Part shown: positions 46,139 through 54,286 of the stretch, piece by piece
Numbering within the stretch: the stretch's first letter is position 1
Layout: each line of letters starts with the position of its first letter
Assembly: GCA_963745835.1 (NCBI GenBank)
Contig: CAVUZH010000016.1
Location: 32,001 to 96,000, forward strand
Reading direction: 5' to 3'
Length of the DNA stretch: 64,000 nucleotides
Origin: an uncultured delta proteobacterium
GTDB taxonomy: Bacteria > Desulfobacterota > Binatia > UBA9968
Position numbers and translations under genes: made by a program
The notes under the pieces: model-generated
What the model was told of the DNA's origin: nothing
Database searches by the model: none
Seen by the model: the letters and a program-made list of their open reading frames with translations, nothing else

Positions 46139-47151
46139 GATTTGTCTCCTTTGTAGAGCTTGTCGATGAAGCCTTGCTGCGACCAACCGATCGACAATGG
46201 CTGTTGTCGAAGAGTTGCATTTTGGGCGAGCCCGACTGGCCAACCATCTCTAAGACCGTTTCGATCGCTGCTGGATCGACACGCGGAACAATCCAGATAC
46301 TTGGTGACGAAGTCATAGTGCTGCTCCGGCCGCCACCGCGCTGCCCCATGTACTTCTCGAGCATTTTAAGCGCCTGAGCCTTTCTAGTTTTGAGCGCCGC
46401 GATACCCTCGATATAGGACGGCGACGATAGCTTCAACGGATTTTAGGCGATTTTCGATAGAAATCGTTGCTCACGGCCAACAGGTTCATCGAGAAAGGAA
46501 TGCCCAGCTCCGCCGCATCGACCAACAACTTGCGCCTTCGGACCTGGCGCCTGTGAAGCACGCGCCCTTCCGCTTGCCCGGCGCGAAAACCAACATCCGC
46601 TTCAACCACTCCGCCGAACTGCCTCAAATCCACTTTGCCATCAGATTGCCAAGTTTGCGCATGATCAGCCGGGTGACAAAGTCACTGGTGGAGCCGAAGC
46701 GAGTGATCGCTAGCGTTTTGCCTTGTAAGCTGCTCGGCACGTTGAATATCCGGCTGGACCCAAGAGCGCATGCCGGGCCGGCTGGTGTTACTGCCGACGG
46801 CGATCATCGGTGCTCCTTTGATGAATCGCCGCCACCACCGCGTTGCTTGCGCCCAAAGCCGCATGAACACTGCCGCCGACCAACGCCTGAATTGCACGTA
46901 GCCCCCGAGCTGATTGAGACCAGATCGACGTTGAGTCCGTTGCGATCAAATGCCCCGATCTCTTTGGCCATCCAGACTCCGGCCATGCTAGGGCTGATGG
47001 AAGCATAGGCAAAAGCAACTTTCTCTTTGGGAGCGTCCGCTGAGAACGCGCTTTGTGACGACAGCAGCAAGAGCAGAACTAGTATGGCAAACAAAACACA
47101 CCGCAGGCTCAAAGCTTTTAGGTATATAGTTGAGTTAAAAAAATCTTGCAC
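46135..47151 (-). CDS. SsuA/NMT1-like solute-binding protein (HDO-associated subfamily; many frameshifts)
   Basis: Fragments GVWMAKEIGAF, ASNAV, FGGVVEAD, IPFSM, PRVDPAAIE, GFIDKLYKGDKS*; stop overlaps the next GTG. Confidence 0.75.
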
Positions 47152-47265
47152 TGACGGAAGATGTTGACTCCGCGCTATTCAACCTCAAGCGGGCATGGGT
47201 CGACCGGAAAACTCGATTCGAGTTATTCCATTGTCGTGCCTAAAGCACTTTAACATGATGTTCCA

Positions 47266-47982
47266 TCAGTCAGGTAGCGCCTTCATGGCGCCGGCAAGAC
47301 CCTTTTGATAGAGACGGTACAACTCTTCGGATTCTTTTGCGGCCTGCAATATCATCTCTCGGTTCTCGCCGGAGCCGAACTCCTCCCAAACCGGAAGAAA
47401 CATATCGACGTGACCTTTGTCGGCTTCGCGGTGTGCCTTCCAGTTCGGCAGATCGTCCCAGGTGATGCCCAGATATTTGACCCAGAGATTTCCCATTCGC
47501 GCCGAGTGACCGCCGCCAATATCGGCCAAAAGGCGATCGTCTTGGTTCCATTCGGTCATGCTCATTGCCGCCAAACCTTCGAGCCAGCTTTTCTTCTTGC
47601 ACATCCAACCCCACGCATACAAGGTCGCGGCTGTAGTCGGGATCGGCTTAGCTTGCAAAATATCCTGCGCCGTCAGTCCGATCGGTTTTCCCTGACGTAT
47701 GATCAAATCCAAATGACCATGCTCGGAGTGCGCATCGCGGATCATCTCCTCGTACTCGTGCGATAGTATTTTCTGCTTCACCGCCAGCACCGGGCAGTTT
47801 CCTGAAACATAGGCCCAGCAGTCGCGACGATGACGAACGTACAGGGAAAGCTGCTTTAGGATGAGCTGTGCCCTCGGCGTGGTTATCGGGATCGAATAGT
47901 ATCGCTCCAACTCCGGCGAAGACATCGTCGCGCGAGCTAACTCCCCGAACGCCGCGTTCCAACCGTGCGCATCCATAGTCAT
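47266..47982 (-). CDS. heme-oxygenase-like diiron protein, paralog 3
   Basis: RHRRDCW..NCP, HEYEE..GH, TEW, AHREADKGH. Confidence 0.75.
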   Translation of the reverse strand: MTMDAHGWNAAFGELARATMSSPELERYYSIPITTPRAQLILKQLSLYVRHRRDCWAYVSGNCPVLAVKQKILSHEYEEMIRDAHSEHGHLDLIIRQGKPIGLTAQDILQAKPIPTTAATLYAWGWMCKKKSWLEGLAAMSMTEWNQDDRLLADIGGGHSARMGNLWVKYLGITWDDLPNWKAHREADKGHVDMFLPVWEEFGSGENREMILQAAKESEELYRLYQKGLAGAMKALPD

Positions 47983-48053
47983 TCTCCTCGATCTTCAAAA
48001 CAACGCCGCCCGGTTGGGCTGTGGAGTGTGCGGGGAATCTCTGAGGCTCTCGG

Positions 48054-48761
48054 CTAAGCGAACTTTGCCATCTCCTGCGCGATTCCCGCGCGGAATATCT
48101 TCAGCAACTCCATCGACTCTTTGGCCGCTCGGTAGGCAAGCGCTTCCTTCTCGCCGATAGCAAACCTTTCCAGATCTTCCAAAAACATGTCGCTATGCTC
48201 TTCGTCCGCCTCGCTGTGAACTTTGAAATTCGGCATTTGCTCCCAGCCAAAACCAAGATCGTCCATCCAGCGCTTGGCCATGCGGCTGGAGAGTCCGCCG
48301 CCGATATCCTGGAGCAAACGATCATCATTGGCCCACTCGGTGATGGTCAGGGCGGCCAAACCTTCGATCCAACTCTTCTCTCTCGTCATCCATGCCCAAG
48401 CATACAGAGTGGCGAAAGTGGTCGGCAACGGCTCGACTTCCAAAACTTCGTGGGGCGAGAGTCCTAACGCTTTTCCCTGCCGGACGATCAGGTCCAGATG
48501 CCCATGCTCGGTGTATTCATCCTTGATCACCTCGCCATATTCGTGCTGCAGGATCTTTTGCTTCACCGACATCTGCGGGCAGTTGCCGGAAACGTGCGCC
48601 CAACAATCCCGACGGTGTCGAATAAACAGTCCCAATTGCGTGATGAAGATTTGTGCGCCGGGTCGCGTGATCTTGACCTGAAAATAGCGATCCAGTTCCG
48701 GTGCGCGCATCGCGTCACGCACCAGCTCTCCCAGTCCCCGACGCCACTCAGCTCGCTTCAT
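48054..48761 (-). CDS. heme-oxygenase-like diiron protein, paralog 4
   Basis: RHRRDCW..NCP, HEYGE..GH, TEW, VHSEADEEH. Confidence 0.75.
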   Translation of the reverse strand: MKRAEWRRGLGELVRDAMRAPELDRYFQVKITRPGAQIFITQLGLFIRHRRDCWAHVSGNCPQMSVKQKILQHEYGEVIKDEYTEHGHLDLIVRQGKALGLSPHEVLEVEPLPTTFATLYAWAWMTREKSWIEGLAALTITEWANDDRLLQDIGGGLSSRMAKRWMDDLGFGWEQMPNFKVHSEADEEHSDMFLEDLERFAIGEKEALAYRAAKESMELLKIFRAGIAQEMAKFA

Positions 48762-48775
48762 GCGGATCTCCCTCG

Positions 48776-49753
48776 TTATTTGTAAAGCTTGTCGACGAAG
48801 CCTTCTTTGATGATCGAATCGATGATGCTGTTATCGAAGAACTCGTTCAGCGAGCTATCCTTTTTGCCTTCCCAATTGAGTACGGTTTGAATCACCGCCG
48901 GGTCTGTTCTCGCGTTACGATCCAAATATTTGACGGCATAATCGTAGGCTTCGTCCAGTGAATCACCGCCTCCGAGGAGATATTTGGCTAGAACTTTATA
49001 AGCGAGGTCTTTTCTGTTTCTAAGCCCCGCGACTCCTTCGATGTAAGCCTTAAGCATAGCCTCCACCGTCCTCGGAGAACTTTTGTAGAAGTCCCGCTTG
49101 ACAGCGATCAGATCCATCGAGAAAGGAATTCCCATGTCGGGCAAATCAACTAACATGCGAACCTTTGGCCCGGGCTTCATGCTCCGTACAGCCCCGGCGA
49201 TCATCCCGGTGCGAATAGCAGTGTCGACCTCCCGGGTGCCACCCATCGGTTGAATTTTGACCTTGTCCTGGAGTCCCAGCTTTTCGAGCACGAATTGGGT
49301 TAAGAAATGCGTCGATGAGCCATGCCGGGTAATGCCCAGGACTTTTCCTTGAAGCTGCTCCGGTTTGGTGATCTCAGGCTGAACAAATAAACTCATCGCC
49401 GGCCGGTTGGTAATGCTGCCGACCGCAACAAGCGGCGCGCCACGCAGAATCGAGCTGACTACCGCGTTGCTAGCGGCCACGCTCATATCGAGATTGCCGC
49501 CTACCATCGCCTGAACCGTAACGCTGCCGGAGCTAATGTAGATGAGATCGGCCTTGACGCCATGCTTCTCAAAAGCTCCCATCTCCTTTGCCATCCATAC
49601 TCCGGCAAAGATCGGGCTGACTGCAGCATACGCAACGGTTACTTTGGGCGGCGTCTGCGCCGTTGAAAGTCCGGGCGCCAGAACCAGAGAAAACGAAACA
49701 AGCGCTGCGTCTAACCGAACTAGACAACGAACAATCGACATCACCGTTATCAC
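48776..49753 (-). CDS. SsuA/NMT1-like solute-binding protein (HDO-associated subfamily)
   Basis: GVWMAKEMGAF, ASNAV, IPFSM, EGFVDKLYK. Confidence 0.85.
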   Translation of the reverse strand: MITVMSIVRCLVRLDAALVSFSLVLAPGLSTAQTPPKVTVAYAAVSPIFAGVWMAKEMGAFEKHGVKADLIYISSGSVTVQAMVGGNLDMSVAASNAVVSSILRGAPLVAVGSITNRPAMSLFVQPEITKPEQLQGKVLGITRHGSSTHFLTQFVLEKLGLQDKVKIQPMGGTREVDTAIRTGMIAGAVRSMKPGPKVRMLVDLPDMGIPFSMDLIAVKRDFYKSSPRTVEAMLKAYIEGVAGLRNRKDLAYKVLAKYLLGGGDSLDEAYDYAVKYLDRNARTDPAVIQTVLNWEGKKDSSLNEFFDNSIIDSIIKEGFVDKLYK

Positions 49754-49851
49754 ATGCGCCTCAACGCTGCCGTCCGAGTAAGGCGAGACCCGATACTTTG
49801 ACGCGAGAACCTGCCAACAGGTAACACAAAGAATTCTCTCAATGCAGGCTG

Positions 49852-50190
49852 CTAGATCGGCCAGCCGTGCTCGGAAACGTCAACGCGGTTCCCTTCGACA
49901 TCTTTGATCCAGCTTTCCGCAATAGCTCCGTAGGTGTTGTCCTCGGCTTTGGTATCGGCAATTTTCTCGATCTCTTTGACGCTTTCTACCTTGAACCCAA
50001 AGTGATGGATCCCCCATGGATATTTCTCACTATGGATGAGAGCGAGATCGAGATGGCCGTCGGATAGATAAATAGTTCCCCCAGGCCGCCGATGTTTTTC
50101 TTCCATGCCGAAAACTTTTTTATAGTACTCTGCGGTCTTGTCGAGATCTTCGACGTTGATTGCGATATGTCTGATTCTTGGTTTTTCCAT
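49852..50190 (-). CDS. VOC/glyoxalase family protein
   Basis: IRHIA..YYKKVFG..YLSDG..GIHHFGF; paralog of 36258-36611. Confidence 0.85.
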   Translation of the reverse strand: MEKPRIRHIAINVEDLDKTAEYYKKVFGMEEKHRRPGGTIYLSDGHLDLALIHSEKYPWGIHHFGFKVESVKEIEKIADTKAEDNTYGAIAESWIKDVEGNRVDVSEHGWPI

Positions 50191-50220
50191 GACAATCCTC
50201 CTTGTCTGAATGTAAATTGA

Positions 50221-50934
50221 TTAGCTGAGAGGTATTTTATCCATGGCCCGGGCCACGCCTTCACGATAAAGCCCAAACAGAGCGAGCGACTCTTTGACTG
50301 CGGCGAGCGCCAGTTCTTCCTTCTCGCCGGTGGCATAGTCCGAAAGAAACGGCAAAAACATGTCGCTGTGCTCTTCATCCGCCTGCGAATGCGCGACGAA
50401 ATTCGGCATGTCGCGCCACGCCAGTCCCAGGTCATCCATCCAGCGCCGCCCCATCCGGGTAGAGTGACCGCCGCCGATATCGTTCAAGAGACGGTCATCA
50501 TTGGTCCATTCGGTAACCGTCAGGGCGGATAAGCCTTCCACCCAGCTCTTAGCGTGCGTCAGCCAGGCCCAAGCGTAAAGCGTCGCGGTCGTGCTTAAAA
50601 GGGGTTTGGTGTCGACAACCTCGCGGGCGGTCAAGCCGAGCTTTTCCGCTTGGCGGATGATCAGATGAAGGTGGCCGAATTCTGAATACTGATCCTTGAT
50701 CACTTCGCCGAACTCGTGCCTTAGAATGGCTTGCTTCACCGCCATCACGGGACAATTGGCAGACACCAGCGACCAGCAATCACGCCGGTGGCGAATGTAA
50801 AGTCCCAGTTGCGTGATCATGAGCTGCGCCCGCTGCCTGTTCATTTTGACGGAAAAATAATATTCCAGCTCCGGCGAGCGCATGTGATCGCGCACCATCT
50901 CGCCGATCGCCTTTCTCCACTGCTCAACTTGCAT
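50221..50934 (-). CDS. heme-oxygenase-like diiron protein, paralog 5
   Basis: RHRRDCW..NCP, HEFGE..GH, TEW, AHSQADEEH. Confidence 0.75.
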   Translation of the reverse strand: MQVEQWRKAIGEMVRDHMRSPELEYYFSVKMNRQRAQLMITQLGLYIRHRRDCWSLVSANCPVMAVKQAILRHEFGEVIKDQYSEFGHLHLIIRQAEKLGLTAREVVDTKPLLSTTATLYAWAWLTHAKSWVEGLSALTVTEWTNDDRLLNDIGGGHSTRMGRRWMDDLGLAWRDMPNFVAHSQADEEHSDMFLPFLSDYATGEKEELALAAVKESLALFGLYREGVARAMDKIPLS

Positions 50935-51017
50935 CCTTGTCTCCTCGATTTGCTTGCTTATTTACGCGGCTTTCAGTCAGCCATCTGTCTCCCTATATCC
51001 GATAATCGCTGCGCAGC

Positions 51018-51998
51018 TCAAGGCTTCTTGTAAAGCTTTTCAATAAACCCTTCGCGCACCATCTTATCCACCATCGAGTTGTCCGCGAACGTCTCGAGCG
51101 GTACTCCCTTTTTGCCGATGAACTCCAAAATCGAATCGATTGCTTCCGGCTCAACCCGCGGTGTTTTCTCGAGATACAAAATCGAATCCTGATAGATCTC
51201 GTCAATTTTCTTCTGATCGCGCAAGCGGGCATACTTGGCGATGGCTTTGTAGGCTCGCTCCTTTTGGAAATGAATTGCCGCTACCCCTTCCGTATAGGCG
51301 CGGACCATGCCGTCGACCACGTGCGGGAAGCGCTTTAGATCGTCGCGCGAATGGGCAACAACATCCATCGAATACTGAAAACCCAGGTCTTCGAGCTTGA
51401 GTAATAATCGTGGCTGCATACCGGCATCAACACGGAGGCTTGACGTGACAGCGCCGGCGATCTGCTTGTTTTGAAATGCCGCGCTGACTTCGATGGTGCC
51501 GCCCATCTGACGCACACTGACGGCGTTTTCCAAGCCGTATTTTTTGAGCAGCATGCGGGTCAGATTGTCGGTCACCGAACCAAAGCGTGTCACACCGATG
51601 GTCTTGCCCTTGAGATCTTCGATGCGGGTAATTTCCGGTTGAACCCAAAACCGATGATACGGCCTGTTCGCCGTGCTCAACACCGAAACAAGCGGCGCGC
51701 CGCGCAGAACCGCCGCGATCACGGCGTTGGTTGCGGCGACGCCGCCGACGATGTCGCCGCCCAACAATGCTTGCACCGTAGTCGGACCGGACGAGATGTA
51801 GATCATTTCGGCATCGATGCCGTACTTTTCATAGGCGCCGATCTCTTTGGCCATCCATGAGCCTGCGGCCATGGCTCCGACTGTGGAATAACCGAAAACA
51901 AGTTTTTTTGTTTGCGCGGCAAGCTCGGCGGGCGTGAATAGCAATGCGCAAACGCCGATCATCAAGGTGGATCTTAAAAAGTCTCTTAACAACCGCAT
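51018..51998 (-). CDS. SsuA/NMT1-like solute-binding protein (HDO-associated subfamily)
   Basis: WMAKEIGAY, ATNAV, TRFGSVTDNLTR, EGFIEKLYK. Confidence 0.85.
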   Translation of the reverse strand: MRLLRDFLRSTLMIGVCALLFTPAELAAQTKKLVFGYSTVGAMAAGSWMAKEIGAYEKYGIDAEMIYISSGPTTVQALLGGDIVGGVAATNAVIAAVLRGAPLVSVLSTANRPYHRFWVQPEITRIEDLKGKTIGVTRFGSVTDNLTRMLLKKYGLENAVSVRQMGGTIEVSAAFQNKQIAGAVTSSLRVDAGMQPRLLLKLEDLGFQYSMDVVAHSRDDLKRFPHVVDGMVRAYTEGVAAIHFQKERAYKAIAKYARLRDQKKIDEIYQDSILYLEKTPRVEPEAIDSILEFIGKKGVPLETFADNSMVDKMVREGFIEKLYKKP

Positions 51999-52453
51999 CT
52001 TTTTCCTTTCGTGTTGGTGTTGATGATCGAAGGACAACTCAAACATTGCCGGGTCTCCAGACCTCCAGCGTCATTAATCCACCTGGCCATCAAGTCTCGA
52101 TCGACTGCCTGCGAGATGAAGTTTTAATCCTAATCCGACAATAGTTCACGTTCACTTAGTCGGTTAGCAAGGCCAGCGAGGCCGGAAACCGTGGGCACGT
52201 GAACGCACAGGTTGTCTGCAGGCCCTGCTATCTGTATCACCACCCGCGGTGGCTTGGGGAGTGGCCCTCAAGGCACTGTCCCATTGCCTACGGTTGTAGG
52301 GCTCGCGGGCCCCGCCCCTCTGAAAAAATGTCGGATTAGGGTTAAATGCTGGCCCTCTAGCAATCGACTCGACGCTGCAAGATTGAGAAGGTTCGTTCCC
52401 ATGGATGCGATGAGCCGTATGACTGAACCGTCGAAGCTGACAAGAAAATCTTT

Positions 52454-53188
52454 CTACAACGCAGGACTGATCAATTCACGCCGAAGAAATTCAGTTACCA
52501 GTGGCCAGGCAAGATCCGCCAGATACGGTTGGTAGCCATCCGACTCCGTCGAAGCAAAGCCGTGATTACCGAAATGAAAGTAATGCCATTCCAACGGCTG
52601 TCCGTTGGCGTGAAAACTTTCCATCACCTTCTGTTGGATCGCGAACGTGCTGGTCCGGTCGTTGCCGCCGTACAGAACCATTGAAGGACATTTGATCTCA
52701 CGGGCGGCATCGTAAGGGTGGCGCGGTCTGATCGGAGTTGGCAGCTCTTCGCGCACCGATGGGTAATAGGCGACAAAGGCGCGCACGGCCGGCATCGCCG
52801 CGACAAAATGAATACCGATGCGCCCGCCCATGCAATAGCCGATGACACCCACCCGCGAACGATCAACGTCGTTGCGTGAAAGGCAATAACGCCATCCCTG
52901 ATCGATGACGCGGACGAAATCCGGATCGGGTGTCTTATTTTGGATTTCCGTTCCCTTGTCGATGTGGGTTTCGGCGGGATAACCGAGCATGTGATAGAGA
53001 TTGGGAACAACCGTGGTGTAACCCAATTGAGCGAATCTATAAGCGGCAGTCTTGAGGTACCCGGTGAGACCGGAGTGCTGGTGAATCAACAACAGCGCGG
53101 GGCCCTTCTGCGCCTGCTCTGGATGGGCGATGTAGCCTTCGACGCCGTCTTTCTCTTGCGACAATCTGCGCGTTTTAATGGTTGTCAT
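52454..53188 (-). CDS. dienelactone hydrolase family protein
   Basis: GYCMGG nucleophile motif; GNHGF. Confidence 0.88.
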   Translation of the reverse strand: MTTIKTRRLSQEKDGVEGYIAHPEQAQKGPALLLIHQHSGLTGYLKTAAYRFAQLGYTTVVPNLYHMLGYPAETHIDKGTEIQNKTPDPDFVRVIDQGWRYCLSRNDVDRSRVGVIGYCMGGRIGIHFVAAMPAVRAFVAYYPSVREELPTPIRPRHPYDAAREIKCPSMVLYGGNDRTSTFAIQQKVMESFHANGQPLEWHYFHFGNHGFASTESDGYQPYLADLAWPLVTEFLRRELISPAL

Positions 53189-53206
53189 CGTTTCAGCTCC
53201 TGATTG

Positions 53207-54187
53207 CTAGGACTTCTTGTAAAGCTTTTCGAAAAAGCCCTCCCGAGTAAGCTTCTCGACAATTGAGTTGTCCTGGAAAGTCTCGGCGGGAATCCCCCGT
53301 TTGCCCATAAATTCCAGGATTGTTTGCACTGCCTCGGGTTGGGCGAGTGGGATACGATCCAGATATGTGACCGAGTCGCGATAGTGATCTTCGATTTGCT
53401 TTGGATCACTGAGATGCCCGTACTTGGCGATGATCTTTAGCGCGCGGTCCTTGTTCTGATTCATGAACGCCACACCTTCGGCATAGGCACGGACAATTCC
53501 CTCGACCGTTTCCGGACTGCGCTTCAATGTATCGCGGGATACCGCGAGCATGTTCATCGAATATGGAATACCCATGTCGACCATATTGACCAGGATCTTC
53601 GGTACGGTTAGAGAAGGCCCGCGCAGTTCGCCGGTAACGGCGCCGGCGATCTGACGATTCTGAAATGCCGCCGCTACTTCCATGGTTCCGCCCATCTGGC
53701 GCACGTTGACGTTGCCTTCCAGTCCATGTTTTCGCAGCAAGATGCGGGTCAAGTTATCAGTGATCGAGCCGAAGCGCGTGACACCGAGAGTTTTTCCTCT
53801 TAAATCTTCGAGCCGGTTGATATCCGGCTGGACGAACAGCCGATGATAAGGCCGGTTGGCGGTTCCGCCGACGGCGACAATCGGCGCGCCGTTCAGAACT
53901 GCATTGATAACCGCATTGCTCGCCGCGCTGCCGCCGAGCAGATCGCCGCCGATCAGAGCCTGCACCACCACCGGACCGGAAGAAATGAAAATAATATCCG
54001 TCTGGATGCCGTTCTTCTCGAATGCGGCGATCTCCTTGGCCATCCACACGCCGGTCGCCATCGATCCCACCGAGGAGTACGCAAACTTCAGACGTGATTG
54101 AGCTTCGGCGACGGAGTGAATCTGAACGCCGAGAAAGATGGACACCACAAACACCGCGGCTTTCCAAAGCTTCAATCCAAGGCTCAT
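53207..54187 (-). CDS. SsuA/NMT1-like solute-binding protein (HDO-associated subfamily)
   Basis: GVWMAKEIAAF, ASNAV, TRFGSITDNLTR, EGFFEKLYK; close paralog of 51018-51998. Confidence 0.85.
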   Translation of the reverse strand: MSLGLKLWKAAVFVVSIFLGVQIHSVAEAQSRLKFAYSSVGSMATGVWMAKEIAAFEKNGIQTDIIFISSGPVVVQALIGGDLLGGSAASNAVINAVLNGAPIVAVGGTANRPYHRLFVQPDINRLEDLRGKTLGVTRFGSITDNLTRILLRKHGLEGNVNVRQMGGTMEVAAAFQNRQIAGAVTGELRGPSLTVPKILVNMVDMGIPYSMNMLAVSRDTLKRSPETVEGIVRAYAEGVAFMNQNKDRALKIIAKYGHLSDPKQIEDHYRDSVTYLDRIPLAQPEAVQTILEFMGKRGIPAETFQDNSIVEKLTREGFFEKLYKKS

Positions 54188-54286
54188 GGCTGATCCTTTC
54201 GCACAAGTTGATACGATGTTTGCTTCAGGCTCGCGAGCCTCAGCAGCAACGAACAGCACAAAGTCGAATGTCTTTCATGTTTACTG

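Noticed and set aside
40296-50934. PQQ, pABA (CADD) or thiamine-salvage (TenA) assignment for the HO-like proteins
   Set aside because: No pqqABDE, folate or thi genes nearby; only the fold and ligand pattern are supportable
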